Shown: positions 51,203-59,932 of the stretch, in pieces
Layout of the letters: each line of letters begins with the position of its first letter
Numbering within the stretch: the first letter of the stretch is position 1
Virus record (IMG/VR): IMGVR_UViG_3300042691_030495
DNA length: 64,000 nt
Direction: 5' to 3' (one strand)
Source of the DNA: a virus
Translations under genes and position numbers: made by a program
Notes under the pieces: generated by a model
Told to the model about the DNA's origin: nothing
What the model saw: only the letters and a program-made list of their open reading frames with translations
The model's database searches: none

Positions 51203-51486
51203 CACTTGACATTCTAACCTACGTTATCTTAGTTTTGGCTGCCTACCGAGTCACCCGATTGATTACAACAGATACTATTTTGGAAGGCTTCCGCAACTGG
51301 GTCTGGAGTAGACAAGACCCGGGAACTAAGATAGGCTATCTAATAAGCTGTAATTGGTGTACCGGATTTTGGGTGTCTTTGGCATTCATTCTGGCACATC
51401 TTTTAGTGCCTAATGCCACGTTTGTGGTATCATTAGTGTTATCGACATCTGCCCTAGTAGGTATTATTTCTTCAAAGGCTGAGTAA
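51199..51486 (+). CDS. DUF1360-family membrane protein
   Basis: LAAYRVTRLITTD.I...LISC.WCTGFW. Confidence 0.75.
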   Translation: MTLDILTYVILVLAAYRVTRLITTDTILEGFRNWVWSRQDPGTKIGYLISCNWCTGFWVSLAFILAHLLVPNATFVVSLVLSTSALVGIISSKAE

Positions 51487-51498
51487 CAGGGAGACCCC

Positions 51499-53250
51499 TT
51501 GGGAATTTTCAATAAGAACAGCAAAAACACACGTAGAGAATCTACTAACAGTCGCTTTAGGGCTTCGGTGCCTCGCACTGCGACCCCTGTTGCTCCAGGC
51601 ATCTCTGTAGATTCTTTCGGTTTGGTTTATGCAGAGCCCGCGGCCTACAACACCCCTAGAGCTTTAACTGCAGCAGCAGCCCAGATAAAAATTGGTGACA
51701 AAACAGAGGCAGAGCAGTTTAAAGCTCGTAGACAGTCCGCTTCTTCGTCCTGGCAGACAGAAGCTTGGGAGTACTACGACGCGATTGGCGAAATTAAGTA
51801 CGCTTTTAATCTTGTTGCTGCAGTTGTATCCCGTATTCGAATCTACGCAGCATCTGTAGACAACCCAGCCGAGGCTCCTGTTCCTGTAAATATCTCAGCG
51901 AACATAGATCCTCAGCTAGCAAGAGCCGCTGAGCGCGCATTGGCAAGACTTAACTCAGCATACGGTGGTCAGGCAGGTCTTTTGAAAGACGCTGCTCTAA
52001 ATCTTCAGGTTACTGGAGAGTGCTACCTAGTTCAGGTTCCAGAACGTGTTGGCACTGGTCTTCCAGAGAGCTGGGACATGAGATCTGTAGATGAACTACA
52101 GCTAGACTCCAGAGGAAACTATGTCATTAGCCCAATTCGCGATGTTTCAGGATCTTCTTCCAACCAAACTTCAAAAAGTGCGATAAAACTTCCTAAGGAC
52201 GCGTTTATTGGACGCATTTGGAAGTCTCACCCTCGTTACTCACTAGAGTCAGACTCATCGCTGCGCGGTCTACTCGATCTTTGCGCTGAACTTCTACTTC
52301 TTAACCGCACCTTCCGTGCAACTGCACGTTCACGCTTGAACGCTGGTGCTCTCTACTTGCCAGACGGACTGTCAGTAGCATCTTCTCCGGATCCAGACTA
52401 CCCATACGATGAAGATGGCGAATACAACGAGCAGTATAACGCCGAGGAAGCTGCTGACGACTTCGAAGATCAACTAATCGACGCGATGACCACTCCGATT
52501 AAGGACGAAGACTCCGCGAGCGCCGTTGTCCCACTTATCATTCGTGGACCTGCAGAACTTGGCGACAAGATCAAGCAGTTTAAGTTCGAGCGTTCGTTTG
52601 ACGCCAGCCTTGTGCAGCGTGCTGACCGAGTCCTTGAGAGAATCATGCAGGGTCTAGACGTCCCTAAGGATGTTGTAACAGGTCTTGCAAATGTTAAGTA
52701 TTCAAACGCTCTACAGATTGACGAAGCACTCTACAAGGCTCACATCGAACCTCTAATGCTTCTTATTGTTGACGCTTTGACTGTTGTTTACTTGCGTCCA
52801 TACCTAATTGCAAACGGCTATGACGAAGAAGCTGTAGCCAAGATTCAGGTTTGGTATGACCCAAGTCAGGTAGCAACCAGAAATGACAGAGCTACCGACG
52901 CAGACAGCGGATTCGACAAGATGGCAGTCTCCTACAACACATGGAGACGCGCGCACGGATTCTCAGATGCAGACGCACCTAGCCCAGCAGAACTTGCACT
53001 ACGCCTTGTAATTGAGAAGGGTATGATCACCCCTGAGCTAACTCAAAGCATGCTAGAAGCGGTTGCGCCTGAACTTAAAGATCTTATTAACGCAGCAAGT
53101 CAAGCCAGCTCTGTAGCTCCTATGCCACCAGAGATTGAGCAATTGCTAGCTGGACAGCCAGTGGCTCCTGGAGCAGAGGCACCTACCGAAGAGCCTGCAG
53201 CAGAAGCCCCGGGTCTTGCAGAACCAGTAGCTCCTCAAGAAGGGCAGTAA
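51499..53250 (+). CDS. Portal protein (actinophage type)
   Basis: Position after terL; WQTEAWEYYDAIGEI.Y, SRLNAGALYLP, DEDSASAVVP, HIEP motifs. Confidence 0.85.
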   Translation: MGIFNKNSKNTRRESTNSRFRASVPRTATPVAPGISVDSFGLVYAEPAAYNTPRALTAAAAQIKIGDKTEAEQFKARRQSASSSWQTEAWEYYDAIGEIKYAFNLVAAVVSRIRIYAASVDNPAEAPVPVNISANIDPQLARAAERALARLNSAYGGQAGLLKDAALNLQVTGECYLVQVPERVGTGLPESWDMRSVDELQLDSRGNYVISPIRDVSGSSSNQTSKSAIKLPKDAFIGRIWKSHPRYSLESDSSLRGLLDLCAELLLLNRTFRATARSRLNAGALYLPDGLSVASSPDPDYPYDEDGEYNEQYNAEEAADDFEDQLIDAMTTPIKDEDSASAVVPLIIRGPAELGDKIKQFKFERSFDASLVQRADRVLERIMQGLDVPKDVVTGLANVKYSNALQIDEALYKAHIEPLMLLIVDALTVVYLRPYLIANGYDEEAVAKIQVWYDPSQVATRNDRATDADSGFDKMAVSYNTWRRAHGFSDADAPSPAELALRLVIEKGMITPELTQSMLEAVAPELKDLINAASQASSVAPMPPEIEQLLAGQPVAPGAEAPTEEPAAEAPGLAEPVAPQEGQ

Positions 53251-53252
53251 TA

Positions 53253-53708
53253 GTGGACCAGCCATCTAGCGTAGATCTTGCAAAGAAACTTGCTCATCTA
53301 CTGTCTGACGTAGTTTCTCTGTCTTTTATTTCTCAGGGGCACCACTGGAACATTAAAGGTTTTAACTTTTATCAGTTCCACGCGTTCTTTGCAGAAATAT
53401 ACGAAGACACTTCTTCAGCGATTGATCCTCTTGCAGAAAACATTAGAAAGCTAGGATTCAATGCCCCCTATCTTCTAACTGACTTTTCCGAGATGACCTG
53501 CATCAACCAAGAACGAATTGACGGAGACGCCATTGAGTCTATTAATTCTTTAGTTAGTGCAAACAGTATTGTAACTAACTGCTACGCAGATGCTTTTGAG
53601 CTTGCAGAAAACTGCAACCAACCAGGCATTGCAGACTTCCTTGCTGGAAGACATGAGATGCACCAGAAGTGGCAGTGGCAGTTAGAGTCAACTTTAGGGA
53701 TTAGATAA
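53253..53708 (+). CDS. dps: Dps / ferritin-like DNA protection protein
   Basis: HWNIKG.NFYQFH.FF.E.YE...IDPLAENIRKLG...HQKWQWQL. Confidence 0.88.
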   Translation: MDQPSSVDLAKKLAHLLSDVVSLSFISQGHHWNIKGFNFYQFHAFFAEIYEDTSSAIDPLAENIRKLGFNAPYLLTDFSEMTCINQERIDGDAIESINSLVSANSIVTNCYADAFELAENCNQPGIADFLAGRHEMHQKWQWQLESTLGIR

Positions 53709-54400
53709 TGTCTTCGTATTTAGAGTCTGCTTTTGGTGGAAACTCAAATATCTCGGGATACTCTTTAGTCCCAGAAGAGCAAGAGTTTGCTGACGCAATC
53801 CTAAAGGTTGCCAAAAAGTACGGAAAGTTTAACGACGACAACAGCGGTGTTTGGGTTGGGTACACTCCTGCCTCAGAGAATGAGGAGAACGCTCAGATTG
53901 GCGTTAAGTGTGGCAACTGTGTCTTCTTCATGGGCGGAAATGCCTGCCAGATCCTAGCTGAAGCAGTGGAGGAGAACGGCCTATGCCGTCTTGCTGTATT
54001 GCCAGATGGCGCAGTCACTGCTACAGCTGGCTCAAAGCCTGCTCCGAAAAAAGATCAAATCAAAGGATCTAAAAAGAACCCTAAAGGTTCGGCCGACGAT
54101 GGCAAGAGCGTAACTTTCAACGAAACCATAATTACGTCCCTCAAGAACAAGGTAGAAAGCCACAACGAAAAGGCAGAAGCTGGCAGAAAAGCAACTCTTC
54201 CAACTCTAAAAGCTGTATACCGCAGGGGTGCTGGAGCTTTCTCTACATCTCACAGGCCTGACCAGAATCGCAACTCTTGGGCTATGGCCAGAGTGAACGC
54301 ATACCTGCACTTACTAAAAACCGGATCTCCTAAAAACTCAAAGTACACAACAGATAATGACCTGCTACCAAAGGGTCACCCAAAGTCAACAAAGAAATAA
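53708..54400 (+). CDS. Head-module hypothetical protein with a Cys cluster domain and a basic C-terminal domain
   Basis: CGNCVFF....C........GLC; LKAVYRRGAGAFSTSHRP...WAMARVNAYL. Confidence 0.65.
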   Translation: MSSYLESAFGGNSNISGYSLVPEEQEFADAILKVAKKYGKFNDDNSGVWVGYTPASENEENAQIGVKCGNCVFFMGGNACQILAEAVEENGLCRLAVLPDGAVTATAGSKPAPKKDQIKGSKKNPKGSADDGKSVTFNETIITSLKNKVESHNEKAEAGRKATLPTLKAVYRRGAGAFSTSHRPDQNRNSWAMARVNAYLHLLKTGSPKNSKYTTDNDLLPKGHPKSTKK

Positions 54401-54473
54401 AATACCGCATAATGCGGTAAACTTCTAGTAATATACTTTTAGCAAATACTCCTTTGCTCAGAAAGGCACCCAC

Positions 54474-57400
54474 GTGAGCCAAGCGTTCGATTCCCTACTC
54501 GCTAAGATCGAGAACTACTACTCTGACGCGGATTACACCGTTCAAGACGCCGAGCACCTGTCTCGCATCGCTATCTCCGAATACGCTTCGACTCAGAATG
54601 CTCTAGTAGCTTCGGCTCGTCAACTTTCCAATAATTCAGTACAAAAAATTATTGACCTAACAATTAATAAGCACATAACTGCAGACCCAAGCGAGTGGAT
54701 GCTCTTCGCAGCAAATGCCGTAGACAACGTAATTAACTACTCACAGCGCGGTGTACTAGCTTCTGGTCTTTCAGACTTTACAGACTTTTTACCAGTAGGT
54801 CACCCGTCAAGAACTAACCGCGGGGCTATGACCGCCTCTGCACTAAACCAGGCCACCGCGCTTTGGACTGCTGCAGACCCTCGCATTGCTTCTGACGAAG
54901 CTAGATACGACACATACAAAGCATACGCAAGCCAGCCAGGATCAGTTGAAGCAGACTACGCAGCGTATAAACTTTCAGCACTAGTTGCAGCAGGTTATGT
55001 TCCAGAAGACATTAGTCTTCCGATCACTGCAGCGTTCAGAATGAGCTTTGCAATGCGCTCCGCAATGTCTAAGGCACTTGCTGCTGTACGTCGTCGCCAC
55101 CGCGATGGTAGATTCGCTGAAGAGTTTGGACGTCTAAAGGGATTCTTTAGCCGTGGAGACGGAAGCATTTTCTCTGAAAACGGAAGAATTGTTGGCGCTG
55201 AGCGTGGGACCAACAACTTTGAGGTAGAGTTCAGCGGATCCGACGAGATTCCAGATGGTATCTACACCATCGATGCAGCTAAGACAGATTCCGTTAAAGC
55301 TGTTCTATCTAAGCGCGCACTGAAAGGCGTTAAAGGAAAGCGCAGTATTGCAGTGCCGACTCAGGCAGAGCGAGACGCTGCTATTCCTCTAGACGAGTTT
55401 ATAAAAACTAAAAAAGATGCACCAGAGGGTTGGACTAAGAACGAAGATGGATCTTTTACATCTAAGACAGGTCAGACACTACGTCAGGTAGACACTCGCC
55501 CTGAAGGTGACTACATGTTTGAAGGTGCTGGCGAAAGTGGTGCCGAAGATCCTAACGAACCGTTCTTTGAGTTAACTGACAGAGACGGCGAAATAATCGG
55601 TGTTGCTCAGGACTGGGCCGGCGCAAACAAAATTGCACTTACCTACGATGCTTTTGAAGAAGACAGCAAGCCAGAACCAGAAGAGCCAGGTCTCGACCAA
55701 GACGCTCCTGCCTCTGATCAAGAGGATCCTACAGCCATTGGAAAACCGGAAGACCCTAGAGCAGCTGCAATAGAAGATTTAGTATCCAACCTTGACTCTG
55801 CTGAAGCAAGAAGAGAATTTGAGCGCATGGAGCGGAGAGATGGCTCTTGGCTTGACTCAGAGCAGCCATCAATAGACGCGTATGGACCTGACGATAAGAA
55901 TCTGAACTGGAATGCTGAGTACGACAAAACTACTAAGGACCTTATAGAAAAGATTTTTAGTGACCCAGCAGTTGTCGAAGCTCGTAATGATAGGCCACTA
56001 GCTAAAACGCAAGAGGGCGACCCTGAGGACTGGGAATTAGACAATTGGTACCAAGAAGTCGGCGCTGCAATTTCATGGGCAGCAAAAAAGTACGCAGAAG
56101 AAGCTGCACCGGGCCTCGACCAAGATGCTCCTCGAAGCTTAAATGAGCCAGAAGACTCCGCTGTTGACATCGGTCCAGACCTAGAGAGAACTGACAGCGG
56201 AGATTTAGAGTACTACTCTGACACTGCTGGTGCTGACATCTCTAAAGTTGGAGACAAGTGGCAGCTCGTCAAGAGCGGGTTTGAGGATATTGAACAGCAC
56301 CCACGCGGTGTCTACCAGTATGAAGACACTAAGATGTTTGACTCCGAGCAAGAAGCCATAGCTGAAGCACAAAAGTGGATTGATTTAGGTAAGTCTTCTG
56401 ACTTCTACGACTTTATGTATAACGACTGGTTTGATGGCCAAGCAGATGGCCTAGACCAGGATGCCAAAAACCCTAACTGGTTTGAAGACGCTATTGACTT
56501 TGATGCCATAGACAATCAGGATAGCTGGAAAGACCTAGGCGGAGGCTCCAGAGAGTACACCTCACCAGACGGAAAACTAAAACTAACTTTTGAACCAGAC
56601 GGCGACTCGGACGGTGAGGGTGGACTTGTAGACGCCTCCGGAATTACTGTTGAGTACGATGGTCAATCTGTTGGCAGCTTTAAGGCAACCGAGCGCGACC
56701 TCACGTCTCCAGGAGAAGTTGCAGACGCCCTTAGCCGTACTTTAGCTGAAGCTAATTTTAATCCTAACGATTTAATAAAATTTGATGATTTTGGAAATTA
56801 CGGCTTCGAGCGAGAGAGCGGTCTTGGCACAGTTTCTATCTCTAAAAAGTACGACCCAAACACTAAGAAACTCCAGTGGGAAGTAACTAAAGAAGCTCGC
56901 GACCTTATTGATGAGAACGTTGAGCACTCTTTCTTTGAGCAAAAAAAGTTTGACTCCTTAGATGACGCAAGAGCTTTCGCTGAAGAGTTTGCTCAGATTC
57001 TTAACGATGACGACAAATTCTCCAAATTCCTAAACGATGACTGGGCAGACAGAGACTACGACTACGGCTTTGACCAAGCAGGCGGATCTACGACAGATAC
57101 CGTAAAGCAGCTTGCTGACGGATACAACATCACTCCTCGTGTAGAAATAGTTTACAATTCGAACACCAAGCAGTATGAGCGTTCAGTAAACTCGAACGAG
57201 TTTGAAGCAGACGGTGACTTCTACGACTTTGGTTCGGCAGTAGTTAACCTGTCTGAATATGCTCCAGGTAAATGGGTAGCAACTATCTTCTATGGAGATA
57301 GGGATGGCAGTGGCCAGGATACCCTTGAACTTGAGCAAGACTTCAACAGCCCCGAGGAAGCCTTCGAGTGGGTAGCTAACGGATTTGGTAAAGGGTTTGA

Positions 57401-59915
57401 CAACTCTCAGGTTGCGGAAGGTGTATTAGAACGTCAAGACCTAGATGAGATGGCTAGCTTCCTGCAGAACCCTAAGTACAAGGATGCTCACGACGAAGTC
57501 CGTGATGTTTACGATGAGCTCAACTCAAAGTACTTTGAGCAGGCTCCTGGATCAGGAGAGATCGAGGCCACAGAAGGCGGAAATGCTTCCTACAAAGGAC
57601 CAGATGGATCTACTGGATCTATAAAGTCCGACGGCTCCGGCACCTGGGAAGGCTCCTTCACAGACGCTGAGGGAGAAGTCTCCACCAGAAAGTTTAAAGC
57701 AGAAGATAAAGCTGCTGCTTGGCTACAGAAAAAAGTAGACGACTCTAAATTAGCTGCGTTTAAGAAAGAAAATGGCGGGCTATCTCCAAAGCAGCTCGAG
57801 CCAGCTACCTCTAAGCAGTATGACCTACTGCAGGAACTTTTTGACGAGCGCGACGAGATTGATTCTCTAACTTCTGACGCCATCAAAGATGCTCTAGACA
57901 ACCGCAACCTTTCTAAGTCTCAGATTTCTGCCCTATTTGGCGATCTTCAGAAGAAGCCGTTCAAGCCAGGAGTAGACTCCACTAAGCCAACCGACAGAAT
58001 GTTGAACTCTCTACAGGGCTACCTGACTACAAAGCAGATTTCTCCAGAAGAGCTAGACGACATCCTCAGTCAGCTTGAGGCAGGACTAGACCGCCCTGGC
58101 ATCGAGGCCTTGACAAACAAGCTACGTCGTAAGCCAGATAACGCTGACGCAGCTGGCCTTGACCAAGATGTTAACTCCAAGATTGACCCCACTATGCCTG
58201 ACTCAGCAGTAGGTGCTGATGATGACATTAAGCAAGAAATTGAAGACGCTATTGAGCGCGCCCGTAGCGATCACGAGCGCCTATTTGACGAAATAAATGC
58301 AAAAGAAGAAGACGGAGAGATAACTCCGGAAGAGGCAGAGTCCCAGCGGGATGAGCTAGAGCAGGGCTTGGAGCAGTTCCAGTGGGCTGCCCGTAGACGC
58401 TACTACGATTATCTTTGGGAGACCGGAGAGTTCAACGAAGCGTACAACGATGTTCTAGAAGCATGGAACTCGCAGAGTTTCCGCGATGAGGAAAGAGATA
58501 GAGCTTCACTATTTGACGAAGAAAACGAAGAGGATGAGGGATTAGACCAAGACGCTCCAACCAAGCCTCTCACCGAAAAGCAGCTAGAGCCAGCTTCTGA
58601 CGCTCAGTACAACTACCTACAGAGTCTTGTTGAATCCAAGATGAATGTAGACGCTGACACTGCCGCCGCTGTTGCTGAAGCAGCTACTAACAAGAACCTA
58701 AGCAAGGCTCAGGCCGGTGCTCTTATTGGCAAGCTCCGTGTTCTAGATGACAAAGAAAATCTTGGTCAGTACGGCAAGCCTTCTCAAAAGATGATTGACT
58801 CGGTTAATCGCGACGTCTACGCTAAGGGACTTTCCGAAGAAGACAGAAACGAGATTTTAAAAGATCTTGACAGCTTGTCTAAGGCTGATGTCTCAAGCAT
58901 CATAAGCCAGCTCAAGGAGATGCCAAACGTTCCTGGAGGTCTCGACAACTACATCAAGTCTTTAGTTGAAGATGGAGATCTTGAGGCACTTAAGAGACTA
59001 AGAGCTGACGTTAGAAATGAAGACTCCTTCTCTGTATTAGACAAAGCTATAGCTGATGTCGAGGCCGGAAACACTCCTGGACTAGATCAGGCTGCTCCTT
59101 CAGCTCCGGCTTCAGGACCTCTCTATGACAGGGACGAAGCTTCGAACCTACTAGACGAGATAAAAGCGGCTGAAGACGCTGGTGAAATTGGTAGCACCTT
59201 CTTGCCAACAGACTCTCTTAAGGATTTTGACCCTGAAGACATCGGAGATGCGGCTAGCATGTATGTCGAGTTAGACGATGCTATCGGCAATGTTGGAGAG
59301 GGCAGCTTAAGACAGAAGCTAGAGCAGTTTGCTGAAAAACTACTCAGCAGCATCCAGTCTAGGCTTGGCCCAGTTGAGTCCGCTAAGCGCGACAGCGATG
59401 ATATCGGAAGCGAATTAGAGTTTGATCGCACTTCTAGAAGAGCTAACGATCTTGTTGAGTTCTACTACCCCTCAGAAGGTATCGCTTTTGACCAGCTAAA
59501 TGAGCCAGGAAACAGCAATGTTGGAGACAACAGAGGCGGCGGCTGGGAAGCACGAGTTGCTCTAGACGAAGATGAAGAAGAGGAAACTTGGGTTGCAACC
59601 TTAACCTCTCCCGAAAACGACAGCCAAAACGAGCAAAGAAGTTTTGACAACCAAGAAGACGCGGCTCGCTGGGCAGCAGAAAACTTAGAGTCTAATAATA
59701 ACGAGCTTTTGCCATCAGAATTAGATGAGTTTTTGAGTGGACAAATCTTCTCGACTTATGCTGACAACCCTCAGGCGCTAATCTCTAAGCTGAACGACAT
59801 AGCTGAGTGGTTCCGAGGAACCCGTAGAGGCGACGGAGAAGACGTAGCTAGGGGAATCCTAGAATACGTAGATCGACTAGAAAACCTTCTTGGAGACTCT
59901 GCCCCAAAAGCGTAG
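54474..59915 (+). CDS. Giant acidic multidomain (polyvalent-type) head-associated protein with G[LF]DQ linkers
   Basis: 1813 aa; located between portal and head genes; seven G[LF]DQ[DA] linkers; internally repeated small domains. Confidence 0.8.
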   Translation: MSQAFDSLLAKIENYYSDADYTVQDAEHLSRIAISEYASTQNALVASARQLSNNSVQKIIDLTINKHITADPSEWMLFAANAVDNVINYSQRGVLASGLSDFTDFLPVGHPSRTNRGAMTASALNQATALWTAADPRIASDEARYDTYKAYASQPGSVEADYAAYKLSALVAAGYVPEDISLPITAAFRMSFAMRSAMSKALAAVRRRHRDGRFAEEFGRLKGFFSRGDGSIFSENGRIVGAERGTNNFEVEFSGSDEIPDGIYTIDAAKTDSVKAVLSKRALKGVKGKRSIAVPTQAERDAAIPLDEFIKTKKDAPEGWTKNEDGSFTSKTGQTLRQVDTRPEGDYMFEGAGESGAEDPNEPFFELTDRDGEIIGVAQDWAGANKIALTYDAFEEDSKPEPEEPGLDQDAPASDQEDPTAIGKPEDPRAAAIEDLVSNLDSAEARREFERMERRDGSWLDSEQPSIDAYGPDDKNLNWNAEYDKTTKDLIEKIFSDPAVVEARNDRPLAKTQEGDPEDWELDNWYQEVGAAISWAAKKYAEEAAPGLDQDAPRSLNEPEDSAVDIGPDLERTDSGDLEYYSDTAGADISKVGDKWQLVKSGFEDIEQHPRGVYQYEDTKMFDSEQEAIAEAQKWIDLGKSSDFYDFMYNDWFDGQADGLDQDAKNPNWFEDAIDFDAIDNQDSWKDLGGGSREYTSPDGKLKLTFEPDGDSDGEGGLVDASGITVEYDGQSVGSFKATERDLTSPGEVADALSRTLAEANFNPNDLIKFDDFGNYGFERESGLGTVSISKKYDPNTKKLQWEVTKEARDLIDENVEHSFFEQKKFDSLDDARAFAEEFAQILNDDDKFSKFLNDDWADRDYDYGFDQAGGSTTDTVKQLADGYNITPRVEIVYNSNTKQYERSVNSNEFEADGDFYDFGSAVVNLSEYAPGKWVATIFYGDRDGSGQDTLELEQDFNSPEEAFEWVANGFGKGFDNSQVAEGVLERQDLDEMASFLQNPKYKDAHDEVRDVYDELNSKYFEQAPGSGEIEATEGGNASYKGPDGSTGSIKSDGSGTWEGSFTDAEGEVSTRKFKAEDKAAAWLQKKVDDSKLAAFKKENGGLSPKQLEPATSKQYDLLQELFDERDEIDSLTSDAIKDALDNRNLSKSQISALFGDLQKKPFKPGVDSTKPTDRMLNSLQGYLTTKQISPEELDDILSQLEAGLDRPGIEALTNKLRRKPDNADAAGLDQDVNSKIDPTMPDSAVGADDDIKQEIEDAIERARSDHERLFDEINAKEEDGEITPEEAESQRDELEQGLEQFQWAARRRYYDYLWETGEFNEAYNDVLEAWNSQSFRDEERDRASLFDEENEEDEGLDQDAPTKPLTEKQLEPASDAQYNYLQSLVESKMNVDADTAAAVAEAATNKNLSKAQAGALIGKLRVLDDKENLGQYGKPSQKMIDSVNRDVYAKGLSEEDRNEILKDLDSLSKADVSSIISQLKEMPNVPGGLDNYIKSLVEDGDLEALKRLRADVRNEDSFSVLDKAIADVEAGNTPGLDQAAPSAPASGPLYDRDEASNLLDEIKAAEDAGEIGSTFLPTDSLKDFDPEDIGDAASMYVELDDAIGNVGEGSLRQKLEQFAEKLLSSIQSRLGPVESAKRDSDDIGSELEFDRTSRRANDLVEFYYPSEGIAFDQLNEPGNSNVGDNRGGGWEARVALDEDEEEETWVATLTSPENDSQNEQRSFDNQEDAARWAAENLESNNNELLPSELDEFLSGQIFSTYADNPQALISKLNDIAEWFRGTRRGDGEDVARGILEYVDRLENLLGDSAPKA

Positions 59916-59932
59916 CCCCCAGCGAGGGGGCT
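59903..59932 (+). other. Programmed -1 ribosomal frameshift signal
   Basis: Slippery heptamer C CCA AAA (59903-59909) in the correct phase; hairpin AGCCCCC/GGGGGCT (59914-59932); -1 frame open into the downstream ORF. Confidence 0.8.
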
